Positions 25,076 to 36,893 of a stretch of DNA of 64,000 nt are shown piece after piece. This stretch comes from Octopus sinensis. Lineage: Eukaryota. The DNA is taken from assembly GCF_006345805.1 (NCBI RefSeq), contig NW_021831850.1, positions 174,964-238,963 of the forward strand, given 5' to 3'. Both the position numbers and the translations under genes were made by a program. How positions within the stretch are numbered: position 1 is the first letter of the stretch; every line of letters starts with the position of its first letter. Under the pieces are notes generated by a model. That model was not told the DNA's origin. It searched no databases and was given only the letters and a program-made list of their open reading frames with translations.

Positions 25076-25778
25076 TAGTTAATGAGTTTCTATACAACAC
25101 TTTCGGCTCCACTTGCTTAGGTGCAAACATTGCTCACCTGAAAATAGCTGCTTATTAAGGAGGATTAATGACATTGAAATATCTTCAAATATTTCCGGAA
25201 TCAGATCCTATTCTGATGAATTGTGATGCGGGGATTTAAGATTAAAGATTACCAGCAGCAACCTTTTGAAAAAGAGAGCATGTGTATATTAATCCTACTT
25301 GATGTATTGTGACATGCGTTTGTGGTTAGATGTTTGGAGACTAGCTTCATTGACATCAGAATTAGAAGAGGAGAAGAATGTTGATTAGAGAAATCTGGAG
25401 GTGATACGACAATGCCCAAACATTGATAGGGCCCCGACTGATGTAAGGGAATATTAATCTAAGAGATTATCAGTGTTTTCAAATGAAAATTAAAGAAGGT
25501 AATGATTAGATTATATAGATGTCTTAATAGGGTTATTGTTAGATTATGTAGGATGCCATAATTGGGATATATAGGAAGGTGAGTCTATTTAGTTGTGGAC
25601 CTGGATATTGAGCTATTACATGGTATTACTGTAGAAAGTATGAAAATGTCGACCCGAGCAGTACTGGTCACCAGCTGACCAGCAACGACAGGAAAACCTC
25701 ACAAGAATAAAATTTTGATTATTAAGAAATATAAAGACATTTTCTATGAAGTATAAAATTTAGGAATATCTATTTCAG

Positions 25779-25829
25779 TTTCTTCAATGATTGTTGACAA
25801 TGAAGTTCAAACAGAAGTAGAACCAGTTG
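25779..25829 (+). CDS. 51-nt phase-1 micro-exon A, (V)SSMIVDNEVQTEVEPV
   Basis: tatctatttcag acceptor (AG 25777-78), GTGAGT donor at 25830, open frame, paralogous copies with conserved splice sites. Confidence 0.72.
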
Positions 25830-26148
25830 GTGAGTATAAATCAACATTACCTTATTGATTTCTATCACGTTTGCTATTACCTCATCTACTTTATTAAGGA
25901 GGATACGTGAGAAGTAAATGAGATATGTAAGATGTCTTAATTGAGAGCGGAGATTTAGGAATGCCAATCAATTTTGTTGAGGGCATCAATAATGGGCCCA
26001 CTATCCGAAGTAGAGATGAGTAGCATATTGGAACCTGCATTAAGGAAATATAGGAAAATAATCCCTAAAATTTGGTTCATAATTTCCACCGGGCACACGA
26101 CATGGTTCTAAAACCCCAAGATTCCGAGTTTGATTCCAGGCATTGACG

Positions 26149-26275
<127 letters not shown>

Positions 26276-26432
26276 GCACCAGCCTTGACAGCGGCTGGAC
26301 GTGTTCCTCACTGCTCTGACAGTTCGGTGGCCGAAAGCCATAGAAACACTAATATGGGCCAGTTTAGCAACGGGGAAAAATAACTCTCAAAGACTGGAAC
26401 ATCTACAATACCTCGTGAGTATTTGAAATTCT

Positions 26433-27352
26433 CTTCAAAGTGGGTTAAGAAATTTACAAATTTACGTATCTACAGCTTTCAAACATACATCCGATCGGCT
26501 TTAAAAACTTTAATACCCACAACTGCCTCTGTAAGCACCCTTTTTTCTTTCTTTCTTTTTTTTTCTTCTCTCTAAAAACATCACGCTTTTCTCTTTTTTT
26601 CTTTTTGTAGACTTGCAAAACCCTAAAACTTTCTATGAATATCTGACTTTTCTTTGCTTCCTCCCAGAATATTCAAATATAAATGTAAACATATACTTTT
26701 TATTGCAAAAACACACCTGTTCTTCTAACTGGACATACAAACATCTCTAGAGGGGTCAACTTCAACCTCCACAATATTACCTTGCACGAAATATACAAAC
26801 ACTTTTTATTGCAATAACACAAACGCACATGGAAAAAATAATGATGCTAAGATTCTCTCCGGTCGAACACAGCTTCTCTATTCACAAATAATACAGAACA
26901 GCCCTTCAAAATAAGTTAAGAAAATTTACAAATTTACATATCTACAGTTTTCAATCATACATTCGACCAGCTTTAAAAACTTTGATACCCACAATTGCCT
27001 CTGTAAACATCCTTTCTTTTTTTCTTCTCTCTAAAAACATCACGCTTTTCTTTTTTTCTTTCAAAACCGTAAAACTTTCTATGAATATCTGACTTTTCTT
27101 TGCTTCCTCCCTGAATATTCAAATATAAATGTAAACATATACTTTTTATTGCAAAAACACACCTGTTCTTCTAACTGGACATACAAACATCTCTAGAAAA
27201 GTCAACTTCAACCTCCACAATATTACCTTACACGAAATATACAAACACTTTTTATTGCAATAACACAAACGCACATGGAAAAAAATGATGATGCTAAGAT
27301 TCTCTCTGGTCGAACACAACTTCTCTATTCACAAACAATACAGGACACCCCT
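26433..27352. repeat. Direct tandem duplication, two copies of ~450-470 bp
   Basis: Copies start cttcaaa..gttaagaaa(a)tttacaaatttac at 26433 and 26904 and end cgaacaca.cttctctattcacaaa.aatacag. Confidence 0.9.
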
Positions 27353-27794
27353 TCCTTAATTTTTCTTAAGGCTAATAGTAGTAAACATCTGAACTTTTTT
27401 TGACCCTACCCAAAAAAAAAAAAAAAAAGATAGTAATAGTGCTGATATTCTATCTATCTATCTACACACACACACACACACACAAACCTCACCTCGGCTC
27501 TATTGTTAACCAAATATGAAAGTATTTTTTGACAGGCAAGAACTCTGGCATTGAAGACAGTCAGCCAGCCAACCACCAAGTCAGCCAACGAGACAGACAG
27601 ACACTACTGTGATGGTGATAATGATAAAAAAACAAAAATAACAATAATAAGATACTGCTGTGACTACACATAAGACAATATCATTGATGATGATGGTGGT
27701 GATGGTGATGGTGATGATGATGATGATGATGGTAATGGTGGTGATAATGATGATAGTGATGGTAATGGTGAAGATAATAACAATAATAAGCCGA

Positions 27795-30700
27795 CTACGG
27801 CTGCTATAATGGTACGATTATAATTGTAACGGCAATGATGGCCGTCTCCCCACGAGCCAATCAAAGCTAAAAAATGATAACATTATCGTAGCACCAAAAT
27901 GTTTTCGGAAACTAAAAGGAAAACTAAATCAGTATACCAAATCGCTTGTCCTATGGTTAATCTGGAAGCGCGTCCCCCAGGGAAGAGCCAGCCTGGGATC
28001 GAAAAGTCATCAACTGGCACAAACTCTTCTCCGAATACGGACATGGATGGTCACTTGAACGCGAAATCCCCCAACTCGAGCCCTCCAAGTTCACCACCAC
28101 AACCACCACAGAAAGAAAAATGTAAGCGGAACAAATGGACCCGAGAAGAGTATAAAGAAGTAATATACGCTTATTACTATGCATTAGGTAGGCCATCTCA
28201 ACAGAGACACACCGCAAACTGTTACAGTATATGGAGAACACGGAATCAAGACAGTAGGCCCTATTTGGACGAGAACAAATTAGCAAATGTGAGGAGGGAT
28301 ATCTTTAGAAATAACAGACTCACAGACAGTGAAATAAGTGCGATCATGCACGCAACGGAAAATGACATAAATATAAGACAGAAAGGAAATGAAGAATCAG
28401 ATGAACAGTATAGCCCGCCACGAGGCTTAATTGAAAGACTGCCATCTGACCAAAGTACGCAAAGGCCTGAAGATACAAGAAATTCTATTGTACCTGTTAA
28501 AGATAGCCAGGAAAACGAAAAAAACAACAGTAACTGAAGATCTCGCATTTGCTGAAGAACACAGAGAGTCTATGGCAGAAATGAGGCAGAAAATCCTGAA
28601 TACGCTTGAAGTTGTAAGACATACAAGTATGAATGATAGAGAACCGCTTCATAAACTCTCAAATACAAACCAAAATAAAAAACAAATCCAAATTGGCAAC
28701 TATGTAACAAATGAAATAATACGAGAATTAAAACCTGATTTTACTGAGTTAAATGAAATTATTTACGCTTCTGCTAGGGCAATTGAAACCAGCTGTATGC
28801 CCCCGAAAAAACAAAGAAAACAAAACCTGGGAAGAAATCAAACCTGGAGAAGTAAAATTGAAAAAGAGATTGAATTTATGAGAGAGGAAATATCAATATT
28901 AAATGAACTAATATGTGGAAATGATGTAAGATCCAGAACAGGAAGAAAGATGAAGAGAAAATTTGGATCCTCACCAAGAGAAGAACTGATATCAATAAAA
29001 GAAACGCTGAAACAAAAAGTCCAAGCAAAAGCCCAAAGAATACGAAGATTTGAGAAGAGAAACAAGTTTTACAAGCAAAATAAGCTGTTCACATCCAATG
29101 CCAAAGAATTCTACAGAGAAATAGGGAAGGAGAAAGTAACCGTTAAAGACCCCCCTCCCATGGAAGAAGTTCAAAACTTTTGGGAAAGGATTTGGAGTGA
29201 CAAGAAGACGTACAACATAAATGCAGACTGGATTATACAAACTGAAGGATCCTACCAAAATTTACAACAACAAGCATGGGAAGACATCACAATAGCAGAC
29301 CTAAGAAAGGCACTCACGAAGGCCCATAATTGGAAATCCCCCGGTAAAGATAGGGTGCCGAATTTCTGGCTCGCATCGCTCCCGTGCGCACACGGTAAGC
29401 TAGTTCAGCTGCTCAATGGAATTTTGAGAGACCCAAAGAAAACACCTGAATGGTTAGCAAGTGGCATTACTTACCTACTCCCAAAGAATAACGAAACCAA
29501 CCTTCCAAAAAACTTTCGGCCTATAACCTGTCTATCCACCACGTATAAAATCCTAACATCTATCCTGGCGGAGAAAACATATGCATTCATGGAGAAGAAC
29601 GATATTTTCCCCATTGAACAAAAAGGGTGCCGCCGAGGCTCTTACGGATGCAAAGATCAACTGCTAATCAATCGTATGATCCTTGAGAACTGTCACAACA
29701 AGCGCAGAAATCTCAGCACCGCATGGATTGACTATAAAAAGGCCTTCGACAGTATACCGCATCCATGGATCTTGAGATCGCTGGACATCTTTAAAATTTC
29801 CCCTTTGATTTCAAACTTCCTGAAGCACAATATGTCGTTGTGGAATACGAATCTCCAATTATACCACTCTAATGGAGTACTTGCCTCAGAAAATATAAAC
29901 ATCAACTGTAGAATTTTTCAAGGTGACTCACTTTCACCTTTAATATTCTGCATAGCCCTAATACCCCTTACAAGTGAATTAAACAGAACAGGGTATGGGT
30001 ATAAAATTGCCAATAAAAAATAAGCCATCTATTTTATATGGATGACTTAAAACTTTATGGTAAAGACAATAATGAACTTGAAGGCCTATTGCGCACCGTG
30101 AAAGCATTCAGCGATGACATCGGGATGGAGTTTGGACTTGAGAAGTGTGCCAAGGCCACTTTCCAGAAAGGGAAAGTGAAGACCACAAATTCAGTCGTGT
30201 TAGATGTTGACACAGTCATAAGAGAGCTTGAGCAAGAACAGACATACAAATATTTAGGGATAAATGAAGGCTCTGGTATTCAGCATGCAAGCATGAAAGA
30301 GAAAATCAGGAAGGAATGTTATAGGAGAGTTCGTGCAGTCCTGAAATCTGAACTAAATGCACGTAACAAGGTGTTAGCTATAAATTCCTTAGCAGTTCCA
30401 GTTGTTACTTATAGCTACAATGTGTTGAACTGGAATATGAGTGAAGTAAAGAATATAGATAGAAAAATACGCAAGCTGCTGAGTTGTAATAGGATGCACA
30501 CCACCCAAAGGCAGACGTAGATCGCCTTTACCTTCCCAGAGCCCAAGGAGGTCGAGGCCTGATCCAATTTGAACTAGCTTACAAAACAACCACAATTGGA
30601 CTGGCCAAATATCTCGAAATATCGAATGACTGGATGCTAAAGCTCGTGGAAAATCACGAGAGACGAAAGAAGCTTCATTCTATCATCAAGGAAAGCAAAA

Positions 30701-31761
30701 AATTTGCTATTGATCTCGTGCAGGATACCCAAACTGAACAACCCGAGGGAAGTACGGCAACTATTGTTGCAAAGAAGGTGAAAATGATGGCAATGAAAAA
30801 GCGCACGAGCAATTGGCTGATAGGTGGGAGGAGAAACCTCTGCACGGCAAATATGTTACCCGCAGCAAACAAGCTGATGTTGACCAGAAGCAAACCCATC
30901 AGTGGCTGCGGAGCTCAGGGCTAAAAGCAGAGAGCGAAGGTTTCATCCTGGCTGCTCAAGACCAAAGCCTATTAACCCGGAACTACCAGGCCAATGTGAT
31001 GAAAAATGGAGCAGACCCAAAATGCCGATTCTGCAACGACATGATTGAAACAGTGGACCACCTAATCTCTGGATGTAAAGTTTTAGCACCAGTGGAGTAT
31101 AAATTAAGACATGACAGAGTTGGCCAATATCTACACTGGCTAATAAGTCGGCATTACAATATCAAAACTGCCGACAAGTGGTATAATCACCCCCTGAGGC
31201 TGTAACTGAAGGAGAAAATGTAACCATTCTGTGGGACTTTCCAGTACATACAGACCGAACCATCAAGGCCAATAAACCAGATATTGTTGTGAAAGACCAA
31301 AACAATAAAGTTTGCTTATTGATCGACATGAGCATCCCCTGTGATCATAATATCTCAGCGAAAGAGTTTGACAAGCTCAGAAAATATAAAGAACCTACTC
31401 ATTGAAATTGAGAAAATGTGGCATCTCAAGGCGGTTACAATACCAGTGATCGTAGGAGCACTAGGAATGATCAAGAAGGGAACCGAAAATTATATGAGAA
31501 TGATCCCTGGCTTACCATCCCTGCAAGAAGTGCAAAAGATTGTCTTAACTGGTACATCACAATATTGAAAAGAGCATTGTCGATGTGAGAACTGTTGCTG
31601 CTCATGTATTTTAATTTAACTTTAAAAAAAAAAAAAAAAAAAATGAACGAACTACTGAGTTTGGTTAATGGCCTACCAAATACACTATGAGTTTCTTTGC
31701 CCTAGGAGTCGGGAAGACACTCGGCAAGAAATGGAAGAAAATTTGAAAGAAGAAAAAAAAA
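27795..31761 (+). mobile_element. R4/Dong-clade non-LTR retrotransposon (RT plus restriction-like endonuclease), frameshifted
   Basis: N-terminal KWTREEYKEVIYAYY motif; RT WKSPGKD, FRPITCL, EQKGCR, AWIDYKKAFDSIPH, IFQGDSLSP, YMDDLKLY, YKYLG; zinc knuckle CRFCNDMIETVDHLISGC; PDIVVKD..LIDMSIP RLE motif (~31275-31340); ends at (TAA)n. The 5' boundary is approximate. Confidence 0.85.
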
Positions 31762-31813
<52 letters not shown>

Positions 31814-31823
31814 CAACAACAAC
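31762..31823. repeat. (TAA)n(CAA)n microsatellite at the 3' end of the Dong-like element
   Basis: Direct reading of the sequence. Confidence 0.95.
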
Positions 31824-31855
31824 TACATCGAAAAATACCTCAGGAATTTCCCCAA

Positions 31856-31897
31856 AACACCAGATGAAGGCTGCAGGGTATAACAGCCGAAACGTTG
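31856..31897 (+). ncRNA. Decayed hammerhead ribozyme motif
   Basis: CAGATGA (U4>A from CUGAUGA), stem II GGCTG/CAGCC, GAAACGTT; stem I not restored. Confidence 0.45.
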
Positions 31898-32501
31898 AAA
31901 GACGAATTTGAATAGCCGGAGGTTGACAATATGAGCCATTTGGTTTGAGATGGTTATGAGGATGTTACTTATATCAGCAGAAACGGCTCAAGTGAATTAC
32001 AACAAGAAGGCATTCATGGATCACTTAATAATACTAAAGAGAGATCAGAAGGATATGCAAATAATTCTGGTTAGACTGGATTAACTCATTATTAGGGGGG
32101 AAATGTGGTTTAAATCGAATAAATAATGCTGTCTATCGTTTGTAAATGATAGGGCTCCGATAGATGAAAGGGAAAATTAAACTAAGAGATAATCAGTGTT
32201 ATCACGGGATAATTATATAAGATAATTATTAGATCATGGAGATATCTGAATAGAGTGATTCTTAGACTATGTAAGATGTCTTAATAGGGAGATATATTAG
32301 GTTAGTCTATTTAGTTGTGGGCCTGAATATTGAGTTATTACATGGTATCCCTATAGGAAATATGAAAATGTTGACCCAAGCCGTACTGGTCACCAGTTGA
32401 CCATCAATGATGGGAATGTCACAGAATAACAGAATTTGGATTATTAATTAAGATAAAGACATTTTTCTGTAAAGTGTAAAATTTAGGAATATCTATTTCA
32501 G

Positions 32502-32552
32502 TTTCTTCAATGATTGTTGACAATGAAGTTCAAACAGAAGTAGAGCCAGTTG
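32502..32552 (+). CDS. 51-nt phase-1 micro-exon B, (V)SSMIVDNEVQTEVEPV
   Basis: AG at 32500-01, GTGAGT at 32553; differs from exon A by one synonymous change (gaa/gag). Confidence 0.72.
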
Positions 32553-32851
32553 GTGAGTATAAATCAACATTACCTTATTGATTTCTATCAAGTTTGCCAT
32601 TACCTCATCTTCTTTATTAAGGAGGTTACGTGAGAAGTAAATGAGATATGTAAGATGTCTTAATAGAGAGCGGAGATTTGGGAATGCCAATCAATTTTGT
32701 TGGGGGCATCAATAATGGACCCACTGTTGAAAGTATATAAATATTGACCGAAACCTGAGTGAACGCTTGATGATAGGAATCTCTCACAATAATAGAATAT
32801 AGATTATTGATAATGATAAAAAGATTTTACTGTAAATAATATTTATTTCAG

Positions 32852-32905
32852 TGAATCTAAAACTTGAAGGGAAATAAGTGCAGACGATGGTAGCAGAGCC
32901 AGTTG
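32852..32905 (+). pseudogene. Dead micro-exon copy (54 nt), VNLKLEGK*VQTMVAEPV
   Basis: Same atttatttcag acceptor and gccagttg end, but an in-frame TAA and a donor mutated to ATAAGT. Confidence 0.6.
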
Positions 32906-33669
32906 ATAAGTATAAAATAACAGCCCACAAATGTCTATTTTGCCTTTGTTTCTATGGCTGCCTCATGTGTCGATAGAGAAAATGGTGAAATACGACAGAG
33001 AGTGATCTGGGAGGGAGGGTTAGTTTATAAGTTTGTGAAAGGAAGGTAGTAGAGGGAGGAGGAATGGTGGATATGGTTGGGGATGAGAAACAGTAGCGCA
33101 TCATAGGTACATGAGGGAGAATGGAGGAGAATGCGACATGTGTGGGGGTGGCATTGTTGGGGGACAAACAGGCGCTTATGACCTTGAATTAGGTTGGTGG
33201 TTGTTCTCAAGCACAGAAAGGCTCAACATTTCAAGATCATTACTCACCATTTCGTCCCATTCTTCCTGGAAGTTCATTAGGGAAATCTGGGGGTGAGAGA
33301 TCAATGCCATATCATCGATTGGGCTCCGATAGATGAAAGGGAAAATTAAGCTAAGAGATAATCAGTGTTATCACGGGATAATTATATAAGATAATTATTA
33401 GATTATGTAGATATTTTAATAGAGTGATTCTTAGATTATGTTGGATGTCTTAATAGGGAGATATATTGGGTTAGTCTATTTAGTTGTGGGCCTGAATATT
33501 GAGTTATTACATGGTATCCCTATAGAAAATATGAGAATGTTGACCCAAGCCGTACGGGTCACCAGTTGACCATCAATGACAAGAATGTCACACAATAACA
33601 AAATTTGGATTATTAATTAGGTTAAAACATTTTTCTGTAAAGTGTAAAATTGAGGAAATTTTGTTTCAG

Positions 33670-33720
33670 TTACTTTAACGCTTGTTGACAATGAAGTCCA
33701 AACAGAGGTGGAGCCAGCTG
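33670..33720 (+). CDS. 51-nt phase-1 micro-exon C, (V)TLTLVDNEVQTEVEPA
   Basis: ttttgtttcag acceptor, GTGAGT at 33721; the DNEVQTEVEP core differs from A/B only at synonymous third positions (gtt/gtc, gaa/gag, gta/gtg). Confidence 0.72.
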
Positions 33721-34251
33721 GTGAGTATAAATTACCAATATCTTATTGATTTCGATCAATTTTACCATTATCCGAGCAACTTTGTTTGACAGAATGACTG
33801 AGAACAAGTCCTATTGCTACATTTTTTTCGAATGGTTAGCTACACATTATTTTTCTATTCTTGTACAACTACAGGAATATCCAATAGATGTATTTTATAG
33901 TAAAGTGGAAGCATCAGATATTCTTCCACTCAGAAAAATGGCGTCTCAAGATAAGGAGAAATATGCAAAAGATAAAATATAAACCCTTAAGCGGTTCTGT
34001 CCCTTTAAGGAGAATAAGTACCGTCTGTCACCTCACTATAGTCTCTCTCGTCCTCTCCCTTGTTCTCTCTCTTCCACTCCCTTTGTATACAACAAGCAGC
34101 AGCTCCTCTCGTTCCCAGTCAAGTAACCACATCAATTTTTTTTTTAAATATTGTTATTATTGAAATTTAATAAAATGTCCACCAAGGTTATCGCTGTTGG
34201 CAAAATGGCTAAATTAGAAAACAGAATAGAGTTAATATTGTCCTTTGGGAA

Positions 34252-34465
34252 GGTGGCGAGCTGGCAGAAACATTAGAACGCCGGGCGAAATGCTTAGCGT
34301 TATTTCACCTGTCTTTACATCCTAAGTTCAAATTCCACCGAGGTCGATTTTGCCTTTCATCCTTTCGGGGTCGATAAATAGAGTATCAGTTGCGTACTGG
34401 GGTCGATCTAATCGACTGGCGCTGTCGCCAAAAGATTCTGGCCTTGTGCCTAGAGTAGAAAGTAA
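34252..34465 (+). mobile_element. tRNA-derived SINE, complete
   Basis: ggcgagctggcagaaac head (A-box-like), aagttcaaattcc (B-box-like), body and gccttgtgcctagagtagaaag tail as in the 5.9-6.6 kb cluster. Confidence 0.8.
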
Positions 34466-34737
34466 TATTGTCCTTTAGAATAGGAACTAAAAGGATTTTG
34501 TTGTTTATAGGTAAACAGGTGATTTAATGACAAAGTGTTTGTTCGTTTTACATTTTTAGTAAGCTTACTGATTGATTATTGTTGTTGGCGCTTTTGCTTA
34601 ACCAGATGTTATGGTGAAACTTGTTCTAATAGTGAACAGCCTGGTTTTTTCACTGTCATTACGTCCACTATTCAACCATTACATCTATTCAATTTTGCCT
34701 ATATTCAAGTAGAAGGCTGCTTTGCGGCTCAGACAAA

Positions 34738-34768
<31 letters not shown>

Positions 34769-36893
34769 TCTATTTCTCTCTCTCTCTTTCTCGCTCCCTT
34801 TCACTATCTTCAAGTTTTAATACAGTAAATAATATCATCCTCTCCCTTTTATCATCTGCTCTCTATGCTCCCATGTACTGGATGAGTGGTCACTGTCCAT
34901 GTCATTTCTTATTAACAGTTAACTACCCATAATGATTGCTTGAGGATTACCTCTCAATTAACCATTCCAGCTTTTTCATGGTGGTATGCCCTTCTTATCA
35001 CCAACCACTTTACAAAGGGTCCTGGGTGAATATAATTGTGGCACAAACACTACAAGAGATTGCCATGTCCTCGGCAAGATTAAACCTCCCTCTCAACCTT
35101 ACGGTGTCAACTCTCATCCAACAACCACCTCCTAGTGTGTAGTGGGAGCATTTGATCATAGCACCAGCATTAGTGAGGTTGTGTCACATTCCAAATTATT
35201 AGAAAGTTAGTCCTCACTACTCTATGATGTGTTTGTTCACTGATATGTTTAAGATGGGAGAAGAAGAGATTATAGAAGAATCGGAATGCAAAGACTAAAA
35301 GATACGAGACAATAAGGATAAAAAAAGTGATTCGAAGGAGCGGTGGAGGCTGACAACAGTAAATGATGGAGACTGAGTTACAACGGTGTGTGAGGTACCA
35401 GAGTGCTTAATTATTTATTAACATTCCTTGGTTGCTCACTCTCACTGTTTCTCTTGCCCTCCTCCTCTCACTGGGTAATCATGTATGTCTTCTACTATAA
35501 GACACATGTTTCAATCCCTCTGTCACACTCGAACCTGTCATCCTCTGGCACACGACCACCTCCAATGCTCTCCCTCTCAAAGGCTTTTTGTCTTGCAAGT
35601 TCTTTGGTGACCCCCACCAGTGCTTGTGGATCCAGATCCCACTGTAAGGTTATTGGTGTTGGGAAGAGTATCCAGCTGTAAAATCCTGCCAAATCAGACT
35701 GTGAAGCCTGGTGCATTCTTCTCCCTAGCCAGCCCCTGACAAAACGTACAAACCCTGCCAGAATGGGGAACCGAGGTTCAATAATGATAGTGGTAGTGAT
35801 GATGGTAGGTAGAGCGATGGATGCTAATTACTTGCAAATACATCAAAGTTATACAGGTTAAATTAGAAGATAGACTGACCAAATCTCAACTGAGATAATG
35901 GATAATTACAGGTTTCCGGATTGCCATAAATACTAGTAATTAATAAAAGATCACATGGGTAATTACAGGTTTATATATTTCTGTGAATATTTACATATAT
36001 ATCTGTATATTTGTAAAACACTAATTGGTATTTTAAATCAGAGCATTTAGAATTAGCCCAGCAATAAGGAAGTGGAGTGCAGAAAGTTATTGACTATAAA
36101 TTATCAATAATTATTCGTTTCCTCTACATCGGTAAAAGGCAATTTCTGTTTTGTTTATTCGAATTCTATTTACCTCATTCATTGATAGATTTGGTGTTGG
36201 GGCTAATCTAATTTTTAAGGTCTAACAAGAGGTCAGGGAGAGAGAGAGAACGAGAGAGAGAGAGAGAGAAAGAGAGAGAGATCATACATCTTACGATTGG
36301 TTGTGTAATAGCTACTCAGGCCATCTTTAATACTCACATATACACACATATATATAACAATACGCAGCTGGTCACAGCCTCCGTAAAAAACACCCAGATC
36401 TAACCCGTCAAATATTCCATTCTTTCATCTTGTTAAACATCACAGAGTTAACTTACAAAATACAGTGTTTTGTTTTGTGGGGTGGAGTGTGGTAGCAGTC
36501 GGGATGCAATAAATAATTTCCTCATTGTACAGTATGTGGTTGTACATCTGTAGACCTTCTAATATTAACCACAATTGAAGTGGTCAAGGTATACATAGCC
36601 AGATCATCACGGATATCGCTCTTCAGTAACAAACTCCGCTGGTGTATATCAGTGTTTTTAGCTTGTAACCCCACTGATGTCGCTATTTCCGTGTTTATCT
36701 ACAATAAATGAAATGGAAAGTGTCTTGAAAATGGTGTGGTAGGAATGATGTGCAATGTTTTCGTTAAATTGAGAAGATTTGATTTTTTTTGCGACTCGAA
36801 TTGCGTAGGAAGTTGCTGTTACAAATTAATATTACCCATTCATGTCTTTTGAAAATTTAATATAATTTTATTTCTGTTGTTATTGTTATTCAG

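Noticed and set aside
25770-25967. Minus-strand ORFs MAFLNLRSQ... and the paralogue at 32493-32690
   Set aside because: They are antisense to the + strand micro-exons; splice signals and synonymous-site conservation favour the + strand.
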